A DNA stretch of 64,000 nucleotides from Methanobacteriota archaeon (GCA_014240255.1 JAAZXG010000003.1:7087-71086); one strand, 5' to 3'. Shown: positions 51,023-61,663, counted from the stretch's first letter. The notes: generated by a model not told the origin, from the sequence alone. Program-made: numbers and translations.

Positions 51023-51883
51023 ATGGCAACTGGTCCGAAAAGAGGGAAAAGACGTTCTCGTCCCAAAAAATCTAAGCAAAACAATGCATTGCTTATACAA
51101 TCTTTAGGTGCCGTTATTGCTTTTATATTTGTCATATTTTTGATTGCAGCTGGTGTACTCTCTACCACTGTTGGGGCTGTAGTATGTATGATTATATTGG
51201 CAGTTTTATTCTATTTCATTTCTAAACCTAGGCCCCGGCGCCGTCGTCGTACGCGTAGTAGACCACAGCCTCAAGAAAAAGAACCTCAATTTTATACTGC
51301 CCTTCCCTCGACTCTAGGTTTATCTGAAATTCCCGAAGAAATCCCTACTCCACAAGTAAAACTTCCTCCTAGACCAATACGTGCAGCTCGAAGGCGAAGA
51401 GATTTTGTTACATATCCTTTAGCAGTAGGTGGTGGCGATTATTCAGATTCATATATTCAAGCTGATAAAGATACTATTCTCAGGCTTCGTTCTGAAATGA
51501 CTCCTGATAAAACTTCTTTAAAATTATCAGGCATTAGAATTGATAAATTCCCATCTTCTAAAATAGCTTCTGTTATGTCAAAAGAATCGGAATCTTTACC
51601 TGTTGAACCTGCAGTAGCCATACCAGTAGTAGGAGAGGCTGTAGTTGAATCTGCAGTAGCCATACCAGTAGTAGGAGAGGCTGTAGTTGAACCTGCAGTA
51701 GCCATACCAGCAGTAGGAGAAGCTGTAGTTGAACCTGCAGTAGCTATGCCAGTAGTGGGAGAAGCTGTAGTTGACGTTGCTGAAACCGTAGAGGTTGTAG
51801 ATGGCGTAGTTCCTGCCCCTGCAGTTCAATCAGCACCAGCTGAAGAAGAAGAGGAGATGGATTTTGATATGGAATGGGATTAA
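51023..51883 (+). CDS. Membrane protein with an Arg-rich segment and four tandem 14-aa repeats (EPAVAIPVVGEAVV)
   Basis: Basic N-terminus, TM ALLIQSLGAVIAFIFVIFLIAAGVL, then PRPRRRRRTRSRPQP, and a C-terminal repeat region ending in an acidic tail EEEEEMDFDMEWD. Confidence 0.5.
   Translation: MATGPKRGKRRSRPKKSKQNNALLIQSLGAVIAFIFVIFLIAAGVLSTTVGAVVCMIILAVLFYFISKPRPRRRRRTRSRPQPQEKEPQFYTALPSTLGLSEIPEEIPTPQVKLPPRPIRAARRRRDFVTYPLAVGGGDYSDSYIQADKDTILRLRSEMTPDKTSLKLSGIRIDKFPSSKIASVMSKESESLPVEPAVAIPVVGEAVVESAVAIPVVGEAVVEPAVAIPAVGEAVVEPAVAMPVVGEAVVDVAETVEVVDGVVPAPAVQSAPAEEEEEMDFDMEWD
51605..51772 (+). repeat. 4 x 42-bp near-perfect in-frame tandem repeat
   Basis: GAACCTGCAGTAGCCATACCAGTAGTAGGAGAGGCTGTAGTT occurs four times with 1-4 substitutions per copy. 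Confidence 0.8.
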
Positions 51884-51907
51884 TTTATTTTTTAAGGTGG
51901 TAAAATA

Positions 51908-52645
51908 ATGATTCATGAATATATAAAAAACAAGCGTAAAGAGCACCCACTCCACTTTACATTATTAGATCCTGGTAAAACAAGCCCTGAAGAATTAATT
52001 AATTTCGCAACTCAAACTGCAGCTTCTGGAACTGATGGTTTTTTGGTTGGCGGGTCTACTGATTTAAGTTTAGAAAAAGTCGATGCGGCCGTTGATATAA
52101 TTAAAGAAACAACTCATTTACCAGTTATATTATTTCCAACACATGCTTCTTCAGTTTCTGGGCGAGCTGACGCAATATTTTTCATGTCACTTCTCAATAG
52201 TGAGAGTAGACAATTTTTAGTTGGAGAACAAATAGCGAGTGCACGTTGGGTTAAAAAAATAGGTTTAGAGCCACTATCAATGGCTTACTTAGTTGTTGAA
52301 CCAGGTATGGCTGCTGGGAAGGTAGGTCAAGCTCAACCTTTACCTCGCGATAATCCTGATTTAGTAGTATCGCATGCTTTAGCAGGTCAATATTTAGGCA
52401 TGAGTTATATATATCTTGAAGCAGGTTCAGGCGCATCAGAGCCCGTCCCTTCAGAAATAATCAGAGCAGTAAGAGACGAAATTGATGTATTCCAAATAGT
52501 CGGTGGCGGAATTAAAACTCCGGAATCTGCTTCAGAAGTAGTAAGGGCTGGAGCTGATATTGTGGTTACTGGAACTTTAGTTGAAACATCTGAAAAATTA
52601 AAAGAAGATATGTCCAATCTAATAAAAGCAATACATTCAGGATAA
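51908..52645 (+). CDS. Geranylgeranylglyceryl phosphate synthase (PcrB/GGGPS family)
   Basis: 245 aa TIM-barrel: HFTLLDPGK, DGFLVGGST, SYIYLEAGSGA, IVGGGIKTPE. Confidence 0.85.
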   Translation: MIHEYIKNKRKEHPLHFTLLDPGKTSPEELINFATQTAASGTDGFLVGGSTDLSLEKVDAAVDIIKETTHLPVILFPTHASSVSGRADAIFFMSLLNSESRQFLVGEQIASARWVKKIGLEPLSMAYLVVEPGMAAGKVGQAQPLPRDNPDLVVSHALAGQYLGMSYIYLEAGSGASEPVPSEIIRAVRDEIDVFQIVGGGIKTPESASEVVRAGADIVVTGTLVETSEKLKEDMSNLIKAIHSG

Positions 52646-52650
52646 ATTAA

Positions 52651-54411
52651 ATGGCACCTCCACTAAAAGTAGATAAGATTAGTCCACCTCCAGCTCGTCT
52701 TTCAGCTTTTCTTTATCATACGCCTCATGTTCTATTTAGTTTGTTGCTTTTCTTGGCTGTAACTTTATTTTTAGTTTATGGTAGCTTTCATACTTTAGGA
52801 GTTAGTGCTAATTCGGTTGATTTTACTATAGTAGCCTTCATGTCTTTTTCAATTCCAGTTATTTTAATATCTTATCTTGTTTCCAATATATCCTGGTTAT
52901 GGGATGGACGTTATCCTATTCGTTACGGGCTTCAGGCAGGTGCAACAGGATCAGTTATCATGCTGATTACAATATTGATTGGATTTTATTTTGAAGAGAC
53001 AAGTAAAGGTTTAGCCTTTGGCCTTGGTTGTATGGGTGGTTTATGGTATTTGACATTGAGAACTCATGGTAGTGCCCCAGCCAGAATTGCTTTTCCATTA
53101 TCCTTATTATCTCCAATTACAAGTTTATATTATTTATGGGATGGCGGTTTAACTGAAGATTTTACTTTTGGACTTTTAGCTATCTTTGCTTTATCATTTG
53201 CAAGTCATTTTTTTCTTTTTTTAGTAGATTCACCATATAAGAAAGCAATAGGAGTTAGCGGAACAAAACATATGTCTGCTTTCATCGAGCATTTTTCAAC
53301 AGGCGATGGCCGACGTTTAACTAAAGCAATAAGAGAAATTTGTCAGACTATAGAAACTAAGAATAGTTGGACTTCTATCCGGAAAGAAGGTAAAACAGTA
53401 GCATTCTTAGCAGTACCTGGAGTACATCCAGGCCCAGTTGGAACATTAGGCGGTTCTAATTTACCTTCAAAGATAGATTCAGTATTGCCTGGTCTTGGAT
53501 TTGCATTTCATGGCTCGTCTACAAATGATCATAATCCTTTGAGAGATGAAGATTTAACGAGAATCGCCAAAGCAATGGTTTCAGCTTCAGAGAGTGCTGT
53601 TTACAGTGATATTTCTAATCCAACTATTAAGCAAGGTGACGTGCCTGCAGCATATGTTACAGGTATTGGTAATGGAACATTAATATTTGCAAAACCTGGT
53701 GATAGTGACGACATTCTTCCAGAGTTAGCAGCACGTTTGGAAAGATCGTCATCTAGTAAAACAGGTAAAAGAATATTAATCGATTTACATAATCAAGAAG
53801 GATGGGGGCGCCCACCCTTAGCGGCAGGAACGAAAGAAGGAACTAGTTTAGAAATTTCAGCATCTAAGGCATTACGATTGAGTTCTTCGTCACCCAAAGG
53901 AAAGTTAAGAGTTGGAATTTCTCATATACCTGGTGAAGATTTGTCAAGAGGTATTGGACCTGGTGGGATTCGTGTATTAGTTATAGAAAATGATTTTTCA
54001 GATGAAAGTAATCAACGTACTGCAGTTATGCTATGGGATGCGAATGGTTTAGGGCCGGGTATGAATGATGAGCTCCAAGAAGGCCTCAGTGGTTCAGTTG
54101 ATGAGCTTCTTTTAGCGACTACCGACAATCACTATGTCAATGTTAAGCCAGGAGGTTTCAATCCTTTAATAGATTCAGAGGGGATTTTACCAATTGCAAA
54201 ACAAGCTTTAGAAGAAGCAATAGATGATATATCACCTGCAGAGTCTTCTATGGGTACGGTTTATGTCGACGGCGTAGAGATTCTAGGCCAAGGTAAACAA
54301 GACAAAATTAGTGCTGCAGCTAACTCAATAATTGAGGTTGCAAGGTATTCATGGTTGCCAATTTATTCTTCAGCAACTATGTTTTGTATAATGATGGCGC
54401 CTTATCTTTAA
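52651..54411 (+). CDS. Large membrane protein (about 6 TM N-terminal half plus soluble C-terminal half), function unknown
   Basis: 586 aa, immediately downstream of GGGPS. It might belong to the archaeal 'predicted membrane protein' (COG3356/DUF2070-like) group, but that is not verifiable here. Confidence 0.45.
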   Translation: MAPPLKVDKISPPPARLSAFLYHTPHVLFSLLLFLAVTLFLVYGSFHTLGVSANSVDFTIVAFMSFSIPVILISYLVSNISWLWDGRYPIRYGLQAGATGSVIMLITILIGFYFEETSKGLAFGLGCMGGLWYLTLRTHGSAPARIAFPLSLLSPITSLYYLWDGGLTEDFTFGLLAIFALSFASHFFLFLVDSPYKKAIGVSGTKHMSAFIEHFSTGDGRRLTKAIREICQTIETKNSWTSIRKEGKTVAFLAVPGVHPGPVGTLGGSNLPSKIDSVLPGLGFAFHGSSTNDHNPLRDEDLTRIAKAMVSASESAVYSDISNPTIKQGDVPAAYVTGIGNGTLIFAKPGDSDDILPELAARLERSSSSKTGKRILIDLHNQEGWGRPPLAAGTKEGTSLEISASKALRLSSSSPKGKLRVGISHIPGEDLSRGIGPGGIRVLVIENDFSDESNQRTAVMLWDANGLGPGMNDELQEGLSGSVDELLLATTDNHYVNVKPGGFNPLIDSEGILPIAKQALEEAIDDISPAESSMGTVYVDGVEILGQGKQDKISAAANSIIEVARYSWLPIYSSATMFCIMMAPYL

Positions 54412-54734
54412 GTCTGAATCTGTATAGATATTTTAACACCATCTGGGATTTGAATTCTCATCAGTTGGCGCATTGCTCTTTCATCAGCATCAATGTAAAT
54501 TAATCTCTTATGTAAACGAGCTTCCCATCGGTCCCAAGTTTCTGAACCTTCACCATCTGGTGATTTCCTAACAGGCACTTTTAGTTTCCTAGTAGGTAGG
54601 GGAATAGGGCCAGTCATACTGACACCAGTTCTATCAGAGATGGTTTTGATTTGATCACATACACCATCTACTATATCATGGTTTAAGGCATGCAACGAGA
54701 TACAAGCTCTACTGGATGCCTTTTTTGGAGCCAT
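54408..54734 (-). CDS. rps10: 30S ribosomal protein S10
   Basis: ARICLHALNH-like start ([21 protein letters not shown]) and PLPTRK motif, 108 aa. Confidence 0.85.
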   Translation of the reverse strand: MAPKKASSRACISLHALNHDIVDGVCDQIKTISDRTGVSMTGPIPLPTRKLKVPVRKSPDGEGSETWDRWEARLHKRLIYIDADERAMRQLMRIQIPDGVKISIQIQT

Positions 54735-54744
54735 ATGTTAAGAC

Positions 54745-56031
54745 TTAATCCCAGTGTTCTTCTATTTTCAGACACATTCCAGCAGCTACAGTAGCTCCCA
54801 TGTCTCTGATAGCAAATCTAGCTAAAGCCTTGTATTTTGATTGTTCTTCAATAGCCAATGGTTTAGTTGGTCTAATGAGAACCATTGCTGCGTCTCCCTT
54901 CTTTAAAAAGTCAGGATTCTCTTCAGTGACTTCACCAGTTCTTGGGTCCATCTTTGCTAAAAGTTTTTCAAATGTACAAGCAACTTGTGCTGTGTGACAG
55001 TGGAATACGGGTGTATAACCTTGTGTTATTACATTAGGATGATCTAAGATCATAATTTGAGCTTTGAAAGCACGAGCTACTGCTGGGGGGTCATCTTCTG
55101 GGCCACCAACATCACCTTTTCTAATATCTTGGTGAGAAATACCTCTACAATTAAATCCAATATTGTCGCCAGGAACTGCTTGTGGAACCTCAGCATGGTG
55201 CATTTCTACGGATTTAACTTCACCAACTTTACCACCAGGGTGGGCAGAAGGTTTGAAAATTAATTTTGTACCTGCTTTGATAGTTCCTGATTCAACACGA
55301 CCTACTGGAACTGCTCCAATACCTGATATCTTGTAAACATCTTGAATAGGTATTCTGATTTTCCCATCAGCTGCACCGGAAGGTGGATTGAGTTTATCTA
55401 AAGCTTGCATCATGGTATCTCCATTCCACCATGACAATTCTCCTTTATCTTTAATGTTATCAGCTTTCCAACCTGATGCAGGAATAATGTTAACTTGTTC
55501 ATCTCTGAATCCAACCATTGCTAGCATTTTCTTTACTTCATCTACAACTTCTTTGAAACGGCTTTCACTATAGGCTGGTTTGGTTATATCCATTTTATTA
55601 ACAGAAACAATCATCTGTTCAATACCCATAACTTTTGAGAGCCATAAATGTTCTTTAGTTTGTGCAGCAATACCGTCATCAGCAGCTACAACTAGAACGG
55701 CAGCATCTGCTTGTGAAGTTCCAGTAATCATATTTTTTACAAAATCTCTGTGTCCTGGTGCATCTATGATCGTGAAATGTTTTGTATCAGTTTTGAATTC
55801 TTTGTGAGCAACATCTATGGTTACACCACGTTCTCTCTCTTCTTTGAGATTGTCCATAACGTAAGCTAATTCGAAACCAGCTTTTCCACGTTCTTCAGCT
55901 TCTTTCCTGTATTTATCAATCAAGTGCTGTTCAATTGCACCGCCTTCCAAAAGTACTCTACCTACTGTTGTTGACTTACCGTGGTCGACGTGACCGATGA
56001 ATACTACATTCAAGTGTTGTTTTTGAGCCAT
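54745..56031 (-). CDS. tuf: Elongation factor 1-alpha (aEF-1A)
   Basis: [14 protein letters not shown] and NKMD GTPase motifs, 428 aa. Confidence 0.95.
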   Translation of the reverse strand: MAQKQHLNVVFIGHVDHGKSTTVGRVLLEGGAIEQHLIDKYRKEAEERGKAGFELAYVMDNLKEERERGVTIDVAHKEFKTDTKHFTIIDAPGHRDFVKNMITGTSQADAAVLVVAADDGIAAQTKEHLWLSKVMGIEQMIVSVNKMDITKPAYSESRFKEVVDEVKKMLAMVGFRDEQVNIIPASGWKADNIKDKGELSWWNGDTMMQALDKLNPPSGAADGKIRIPIQDVYKISGIGAVPVGRVESGTIKAGTKLIFKPSAHPGGKVGEVKSVEMHHAEVPQAVPGDNIGFNCRGISHQDIRKGDVGGPEDDPPAVARAFKAQIMILDHPNVITQGYTPVFHCHTAQVACTFEKLLAKMDPRTGEVTEENPDFLKKGDAAMVLIRPTKPLAIEEQSKYKALARFAIRDMGATVAAGMCLKIEEHWD

Positions 56032-56154
56032 TATTATTTCCCTCCATGGGATGGATGTGTCGGCAGGATAGGGGGTAAATAAAGGATTCGCCTTAAATTT
56101 GCAATATATTGTTCATAAGTTTAACTTATATAATGATATTTATATTAATTTTTT

Positions 56155-56811
56155 ATGAAGTTTGACATAAAGGGTAATCCCGCTTATGGTGAAGTTGATG
56201 TAGATTTAGGTCCTAATGAGACTATTCTAATTGAGCCGGGTGCAATGTCTAGAATGTCTTCTAATCTCAATTCAAGTTTTCAAAGGCAAGGTGGTTTTTT
56301 TTCAGCAATGTTTAGAAAGATGTTTGGTGGCGAAAATTTTTTCCTAGGAAAATATTCACATCAAAATGGTGGACAACTAACTTTCGCACCATCAAGTCCC
56401 GGTTCCGTTCAACATTATCAATTATCTAATAATAGCATAAATATAATGGCCGGTTCTTTTTTGGCATGCACACCCGGAGTAAATATAAAAGCTAAGTTTG
56501 GAGGTTTGAAAGCGCTTTTTTCAGGCGAAGGGGCCTTTTTACTTGAAGTTTCAGGAGATGGTGATTTATTCTTTAATTCTTTTGGCGGTATTGTTGAGAA
56601 GGAAATTAATGGAGAATTCATAGTAGATACAGGGCATGTAGTGGCTTTTGAACCTTCTTTAAATTATAAGATTTCAGGTATGGGTAATTGGAAATCAACA
56701 ATGTTATCAGGAGAAGGACTTGTAATGACATTTAGTGGCGTAGGTAAAATATATTTACAAACAAGAACAATTGAAGGTGTTGCTTCTTGGCTTACTCCGA
56801 GGTTAATATGA
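56155..56811 (+). CDS. AIM24/DUF124 (TIGR00266)-family protein, copy 1 of 3
   Basis: IEPGAMSRMS...FSGEGAFLLEVSGDGDLFFNSFGGIVEKEINGEFIVDTGHVVAFEPSLNY...LSGEGLVMTFSGVGKIYLQTR follows the AIM24 repeat pattern. Confidence 0.55.
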   Translation: MKFDIKGNPAYGEVDVDLGPNETILIEPGAMSRMSSNLNSSFQRQGGFFSAMFRKMFGGENFFLGKYSHQNGGQLTFAPSSPGSVQHYQLSNNSINIMAGSFLACTPGVNIKAKFGGLKALFSGEGAFLLEVSGDGDLFFNSFGGIVEKEINGEFIVDTGHVVAFEPSLNYKISGMGNWKSTMLSGEGLVMTFSGVGKIYLQTRTIEGVASWLTPRLI

Positions 56812-57509
56812 AAATAAAAATAGATAGTGAAGGAGCTTTTGGTTCAGCAGTAGTTAAGCTAGAACCAGGTGAAAAATTTGTGTCAGAAGCTGGAGCAATG
56901 TATCGGGCTTCTCCCAATATGGGTATTGATGTAGAGTCTCGTAAAAAGCAAAATGAAGGGATGTGGGGTGCTTTAAAGGCCGGCATAAAATCAATGTTTG
57001 CAGGTGAATCATTCTTTTTATCTTCATATATGACTAATGATAATCAATCAGGAGAAGTGGGCCTAGCTCCAACACATCAAGGTGAAGTACGTAAGATAAC
57101 TGTTGGTAATGAAACTTGGATATGTTCAGGTGGAAGTTATTTGGGATCGTCAGGAAGTATTGAATTAGACACTCAATATCAAGGTCTTTTGAAGGGAGGA
57201 TTTAGTGGTGAAGGTTTAGTTTTTGTTAAGGCTTCAGGTGAAGGTGAGTTATTGGTGAATGGTTTTGGCCGCATAAGTGAAGTTGAAGTTAGAGATGGTA
57301 TAACTATAGACAACGGACATTTGATAGCATTTACCGAAGGATTAGAGTATACTATAGGAAAGGCCGGAAGCGGTTGGATATCTTCAATGATGTCTGGTGA
57401 AGGTTTGGTTATGAAATTTAGAGGTAATGGTAAGATTTTTGTTCAATCACATGATCCTGGAAGATTGGGTGGAGCATTAGGAGCATTATTACCACCGAGG
57501 GAGAGCTAA
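56787..57509 (+). CDS. AIM24/DUF124-family protein, copy 2 of 3
   Basis: Same architecture (GEGLVFVKASGEGELLVNGFG...DNGHLIAFTEGLEY...MSGEGLVMKFRGNGKIFVQSH); overlaps copy 1 by 25 nt. Confidence 0.55.
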   Translation: MAYSEVNMKIKIDSEGAFGSAVVKLEPGEKFVSEAGAMYRASPNMGIDVESRKKQNEGMWGALKAGIKSMFAGESFFLSSYMTNDNQSGEVGLAPTHQGEVRKITVGNETWICSGGSYLGSSGSIELDTQYQGLLKGGFSGEGLVFVKASGEGELLVNGFGRISEVEVRDGITIDNGHLIAFTEGLEYTIGKAGSGWISSMMSGEGLVMKFRGNGKIFVQSHDPGRLGGALGALLPPRES

Positions 57510-58180
57510 TGAAATACGACATAATTTCAGCTCCCTCATATTCACTTTTAGAAATGATTCTTAATGAGGGCGAATCGGTGATTGTAGAGCCAGGTTCAAT
57601 GGCTTGGATGGATACTACAGTTAAACCTAAGACGGAAATGAAGGGTGGATTATTTGCAGGACTTAAAAGAAGAATGGGTGGTGAAAGTTTTTTCCTTAAT
57701 ACTTATACTGCAGAGGGAGGCCCTGGAAAAATTGGTATTGCACCAGGTTACTCGGGAGATATAGTTGTCAAAGAGTTAAATGATGAAACCATTTACATGG
57801 AAAGAGGAGCCTATCTTTGTCACCTTGGAAACATTGAAACGAGTGCAAGTTGGGAAGGTTTCATGGGTACTTTTGCTGAAGGCATGCTTGGTCTAAGGGT
57901 GAGTGGAACTGGCCTTCTATTCTTTGGTTCATACGGAGATATCCAAGAAGTTGAAGTTAATGGTTCATACACAGTAGACAATGGATATGCTGTAGCTTGG
58001 GAGAGTTCTTTAGATTACAGTATAGCGCGTTCGGGACGAACGATACGCAGTTTTCTATTTGGTGATCAATTGATCTGCAGATATCACGGTAATGGAAAAT
58101 TATGGATACAAACTAGAAGTCCTAGAAATTTGGCAGCATGGGTTCACCCATTTAGGCCAGTCCAAAGCAAGAACGATTAA
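57509..58180 (+). CDS. AIM24/DUF124-family protein, copy 3 of 3
   Basis: Same architecture (GMLGLRVSGTGLLFFGSYGDIQEVEVNGSYTVDNGYAVAWESSLDY...GNGKLWIQTRSP); its start overlaps the stop of copy 2. Confidence 0.55.
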   Translation: MKYDIISAPSYSLLEMILNEGESVIVEPGSMAWMDTTVKPKTEMKGGLFAGLKRRMGGESFFLNTYTAEGGPGKIGIAPGYSGDIVVKELNDETIYMERGAYLCHLGNIETSASWEGFMGTFAEGMLGLRVSGTGLLFFGSYGDIQEVEVNGSYTVDNGYAVAWESSLDYSIARSGRTIRSFLFGDQLICRYHGNGKLWIQTRSPRNLAAWVHPFRPVQSKND

Positions 58181-58181
58181 T

Positions 58182-60377
58182 CTAAGAGTAATTTTCAGGT
58201 CTTGGCATTTCTGCCTTCAAGCCTTTACGCTTTCGTATGTCTTCAGTAATTCCATCAAGTAATTCTCTTGGTAATGTTTCATAACCTGCGAATTCAGTAC
58301 TCCAAAGAGCTCTTCCGCCTGTTGCCGATCGAATTTCGCTTGCAAATCCAAACATTTCCTTAACAGGGGCTTTTGCCGTAATTACAGCCATATCTCCTTC
58401 GGTTTCCATACCTGCGATTTCAGCACGCCTTTGAGACATTTCCCCAGTAACAGAACCCATTAACTCTTGAGGGACATTAATGTAAACTTTTTGTTTCGGT
58501 TCTAATAAAGCCACACCAGCAGAAACTAATGCACCATTAATTGCATTTCTGACAGCTGGTATTGTTTGTGCAGGTCCTCTGTGAATTGCATCTTCATGCA
58601 GTTTAGCATCATTCAAGATGATTTTTACTCCCATCATTTTTTCGTTAGCTCGCGGCCCTCTTTTTACGACTTCATTGAAAGCTTCAATTAGTAATTCCCT
58701 GGTTTCAAATAAATTTTGAATACCTTTTGTAGCATCAATGAATACACATCCATTTTCGATACAAAGAACACCTCTTCCATGAACTTTAGTCCAGCCCATA
58801 TCAATTAGTTGTCTGGCCACATCTTTTGCTTTCTTAATATTCCCAGAAGGAATAGTTCCATCTACAATAGCTTCTCGAATATCGTCTTCTAATGGTTCAA
58901 CTGTGATATAGTATCTATTGTGTTTATTAGGAGATTTACCTTCAAAGTCTCCAGGAGATGCCATAGCTACAGTTTCACGATAAACCACAATAGGTGGTGA
59001 TGTAGTTATTTCTACACCATGTTCATTTTTAATTCTATATTCAGTAATTTCTAAATGTAATTCACCCATTCCTGACATTAAATGTTCTCCAGTTTCTAGA
59101 TTACTATCAATTTGGATAGATGGATCAGATTTGGCAACAGCACGAAGAACTTCTACTAGTTTAGGCAAATCTTTGGTATGTTTTGCTTCAATAGCAGTAG
59201 TTACCACAGGATCAGAATTATGGACAATTCGTTCAAATGGAGTCATTTCTTTATTTGAAGAAATAGTTGAACCTGATTGTGCATCTCTTAACCCTGAAAC
59301 AGCAATAATATTTCCAGCAGTTACAATTTCAGTGGCAATGCGGTCGCCACCAACGAACATGCCCACAGATTGTACTCTATTGGCATTTGGCATTCCTGCA
59401 ACATACATTTGGTCACCTTTCTTAATCGTTCCAGAAAATAGACGTCCAACTGCAATTTCACCAGCATGAGGGTCTAAAACTACTTTAGTAACCATAAATG
59501 CCGAATCACCATCAGCTTTAGCATTTACCATAGATTGACCAATTTCTTCTTCAGATTCCCCTCTCCAGATATGCGGAATTCTATATTTCTGAGCTGTATC
59601 TGCCGAAGGTAATTTTTCAACAATCATATCTAATAAAACTTCATGTAAAGGAGCTGCTTTGGCTAGTTCTCTTTTTTGTTCTTTTTCCATGAATTCATAT
59701 ATTTGTTTGAAATTAACATTCTTTTTAGCCATGAATGGAAGTGAAGTAGCCCAGTTATGGTAAGCTGAACCAAAAGCTACAGTTCCAGCTTGAGCATCTA
59801 CCATCCAATCTTTCTTAAATTCATCAGGAACCATTCTTACTATTAATTTATTAACTTCAGTAATTATTTTCCCGAATCGTTGCATCATGTCTTCTGGTGT
59901 AACTTGTAATTCAGCAATCAAACGATCAACTTTGTTTATGAATAAAACTGGTTTAACTTTTTCTTTAAGTGCTTGTCTGATAACAGTTTCAGTCTGGGGC
60001 ATTATGCCTTCTACTGCACATACAACAATAATTACACCATCTAAAGCTCGCATAGCTCTGGTAACGTCTCCACCAAAGTCTACATGTCCTGGTGTATCTA
60101 TTAAATTAATTAAATAATCGTTTCCTTTATGTTCGTGAACCATTGATGCATTAGCTGCGTTAATTGTAATTCCTCTTGCAGATTCTTGTTCATCAAAATC
60201 TAACATTAATTGCTTACCTGCTAAATCTTCAGACATCATTCCCGCTCCAAAAATCAGATTATCTGAAAGAGTAGTCTTCCCATGGTCAATATGTGCGGCA
60301 GTACCTATGTTTCTTATATATTCTAGCTTTGTAAATAAAGCGGTTGCACGCTTTATATTGTCTTCTTTACGGCCCAT
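58182..60377 (-). CDS. fusA: Elongation factor 2 (aEF-2)
   Basis: AHIDHGKTT, DTPGHVDF and NKVD motifs, and the diphthamide-loop HEDAIHRGPAQ; 731 aa. Confidence 0.95.
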   Translation of the reverse strand: MGRKEDNIKRATALFTKLEYIRNIGTAAHIDHGKTTLSDNLIFGAGMMSEDLAGKQLMLDFDEQESARGITINAANASMVHEHKGNDYLINLIDTPGHVDFGGDVTRAMRALDGVIIVVCAVEGIMPQTETVIRQALKEKVKPVLFINKVDRLIAELQVTPEDMMQRFGKIITEVNKLIVRMVPDEFKKDWMVDAQAGTVAFGSAYHNWATSLPFMAKKNVNFKQIYEFMEKEQKRELAKAAPLHEVLLDMIVEKLPSADTAQKYRIPHIWRGESEEEIGQSMVNAKADGDSAFMVTKVVLDPHAGEIAVGRLFSGTIKKGDQMYVAGMPNANRVQSVGMFVGGDRIATEIVTAGNIIAVSGLRDAQSGSTISSNKEMTPFERIVHNSDPVVTTAIEAKHTKDLPKLVEVLRAVAKSDPSIQIDSNLETGEHLMSGMGELHLEITEYRIKNEHGVEITTSPPIVVYRETVAMASPGDFEGKSPNKHNRYYITVEPLEDDIREAIVDGTIPSGNIKKAKDVARQLIDMGWTKVHGRGVLCIENGCVFIDATKGIQNLFETRELLIEAFNEVVKRGPRANEKMMGVKIILNDAKLHEDAIHRGPAQTIPAVRNAINGALVSAGVALLEPKQKVYINVPQELMGSVTGEMSQRRAEIAGMETEGDMAVITAKAPVKEMFGFASEIRSATGGRALWSTEFAGYETLPRELLDGITEDIRKRKGLKAEMPRPENYS

Positions 60378-60389
60378 TTTTTAATCACT

Positions 60390-61013
60390 TTAGTTGTGTG
60401 CAGCTTCTGCTTGACGTTCTAATTCTTCTTTCTTACCTACGGCATAAGAATCAGGATTGCCTTCAGATGCTAGCATTAATTCTCGAGATAATGATTTCTC
60501 GATTGAACGCTGTTTTTGAGATGATTGAAGAGCACCAATGCAGAGGTTTCTGATTGCAGTATCTACTCTCCTTGTTGGAGAAACGTCAACTCCACTATAG
60601 ACTCTAATTCCCCCGTATCTAAGAGATACGACTGCAGCTCTTGGAGCTGAGTTTTCTAGAGCTCGAACCATTATTTGAGCAGGATTTGTTTTTTTCTTAG
60701 AATTTATAATATCAAAGGCATTTTTCATAACATTGTAAGCTTGTGCTTTTTTTCCAGTATATTTTTCAGATCTCATCAAGTTATTTATGAATCTTTCAAT
60801 AACAGTTAGGTCTCTTCGTCCAAATCTTTTCTTGGAGTGTCTACCACCAGTATGAGGTATTTGAAATGCGTCCAAATTAATATATTTCTCAAGAGTTGTA
60901 TCATCAATAACAACTTCAGTCAAATCCCACTTACCAAATAATGGAACTACTGGCATATCAGGTTCGGAAACCTTTGTTTCTTCTTCAACAGTATTTTCTT
61001 CAACTTCTGACAT
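60390..61013 (-). CDS. rps7: 30S ribosomal protein S7 with an acidic N-terminal extension
   Basis: LFGKWDLTEVVIDD...INNLMRSEKYTGKK is the archaeal S7 core; the true start may be the internal Met (MPVVPLFGKW). Confidence 0.85.
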   Translation of the reverse strand: MSEVEENTVEEETKVSEPDMPVVPLFGKWDLTEVVIDDTTLEKYINLDAFQIPHTGGRHSKKRFGRRDLTVIERFINNLMRSEKYTGKKAQAYNVMKNAFDIINSKKKTNPAQIMVRALENSAPRAAVVSLRYGGIRVYSGVDVSPTRRVDTAIRNLCIGALQSSQKQRSIEKSLSRELMLASEGNPDSYAVGKKEELERQAEAAHN

Positions 61014-61015
61014 AA

Positions 61016-61444
61016 TTACCTAATTGGTTTTTCTTTCCTTCCACGAACCATTTCTTTCAAAGATACATTATTTACCTTTGCAACTCTATAACGGACACCA
61101 GATAAATCTCCATATGATCTACCCATGCGACCTCCGACACCTTCGATTACGACTTCGTCGTGTTCATCTATAAAACTAATTGCTAAATTTCCTGGAGCTA
61201 ATGCAGTAACTTGCCTTCCATTCTTAATTAATTGGACTCTTACACATTTACGTATTCCTGAATTAGGCTGTTTTGCTTCAACACCTACTTTCTCAACAAC
61301 AATTCCTTTAGCTTGTGGTGCACCTTGAAGAGGGTCCGCTTTTTCTTTAAGCTTCATAACTCTCTTACGATAGTATCGGTCATTCCATCTCTGTTGTTGG
61401 CGATTATTACGCTGTTTTGTCGCGGTGTAAAGTCCTTTTGCCAC
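61016..61444 (-). CDS. rps12: 30S ribosomal protein S12 (start reassigned to GTG with SD)
   Basis: [63 protein letters not shown] is the S12 core. The six-frame ORF's ATG at 61594 would overlap tRNA-Thr and add about 50 unconserved residues. AGGAGA lies 7 nt before the GTG at 61442-61444. Confidence 0.85.
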   Translation of the reverse strand: MAKGLYTATKQRNNRQQQRWNDRYYRKRVMKLKEKADPLQGAPQAKGIVVEKVGVEAKQPNSGIRKCVRVQLIKNGRQVTALAPGNLAISFIDEHDEVVIEGVGGRMGRSYGDLSGVRYRVAKVNNVSLKEMVRGRKEKPIR

Positions 61445-61589
61445 TTGTGATTCTCCTTCCTGTAAAATCAGGGATGCTCGCACAAGCGGCCTGTATATAT
61501 ACTGTTCGTCATTCACATCAATGTTTTTTACAACTATTAATAGAACAGAGGGTAAATCTTTTTCTTTAGCAGCCTTGAAAGGGGTGTAA

Positions 61590-61663
61590 GCCACCGTAGC
61601 TTAGCCCGGTTGAGCGGCTGACTTGTAATCAGCAGGCCGAGGGTTCAAATCCCTCCGGTGGCT
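61590..61663 (+). tRNA. tRNA-Thr (anticodon TGT); CCA encoded at 61664-61666
   Basis: Acceptor GCCACCG/CGGTGGC, anticodon stem-loop GCTGA-cTTGTaa-TCAGC, T-arm GAGGGTTCAAATCCCTC. Confidence 0.85.

Noticed and set aside
51457-51829. Two minus-strand ORFs with repetitive translation (…YYWYGYCRFNYSLSY…)
   Set aside because: An antisense reading of the 42-bp tandem repeat; an artefact of repeat periodicity.
61445-61594. N-terminal 50-aa extension of the rps12 ORF
   Set aside because: It is not conserved in S12 and overlaps tRNA-Thr. A GTG with an AGGAGA SD at 61444 gives a canonical 143-aa S12.
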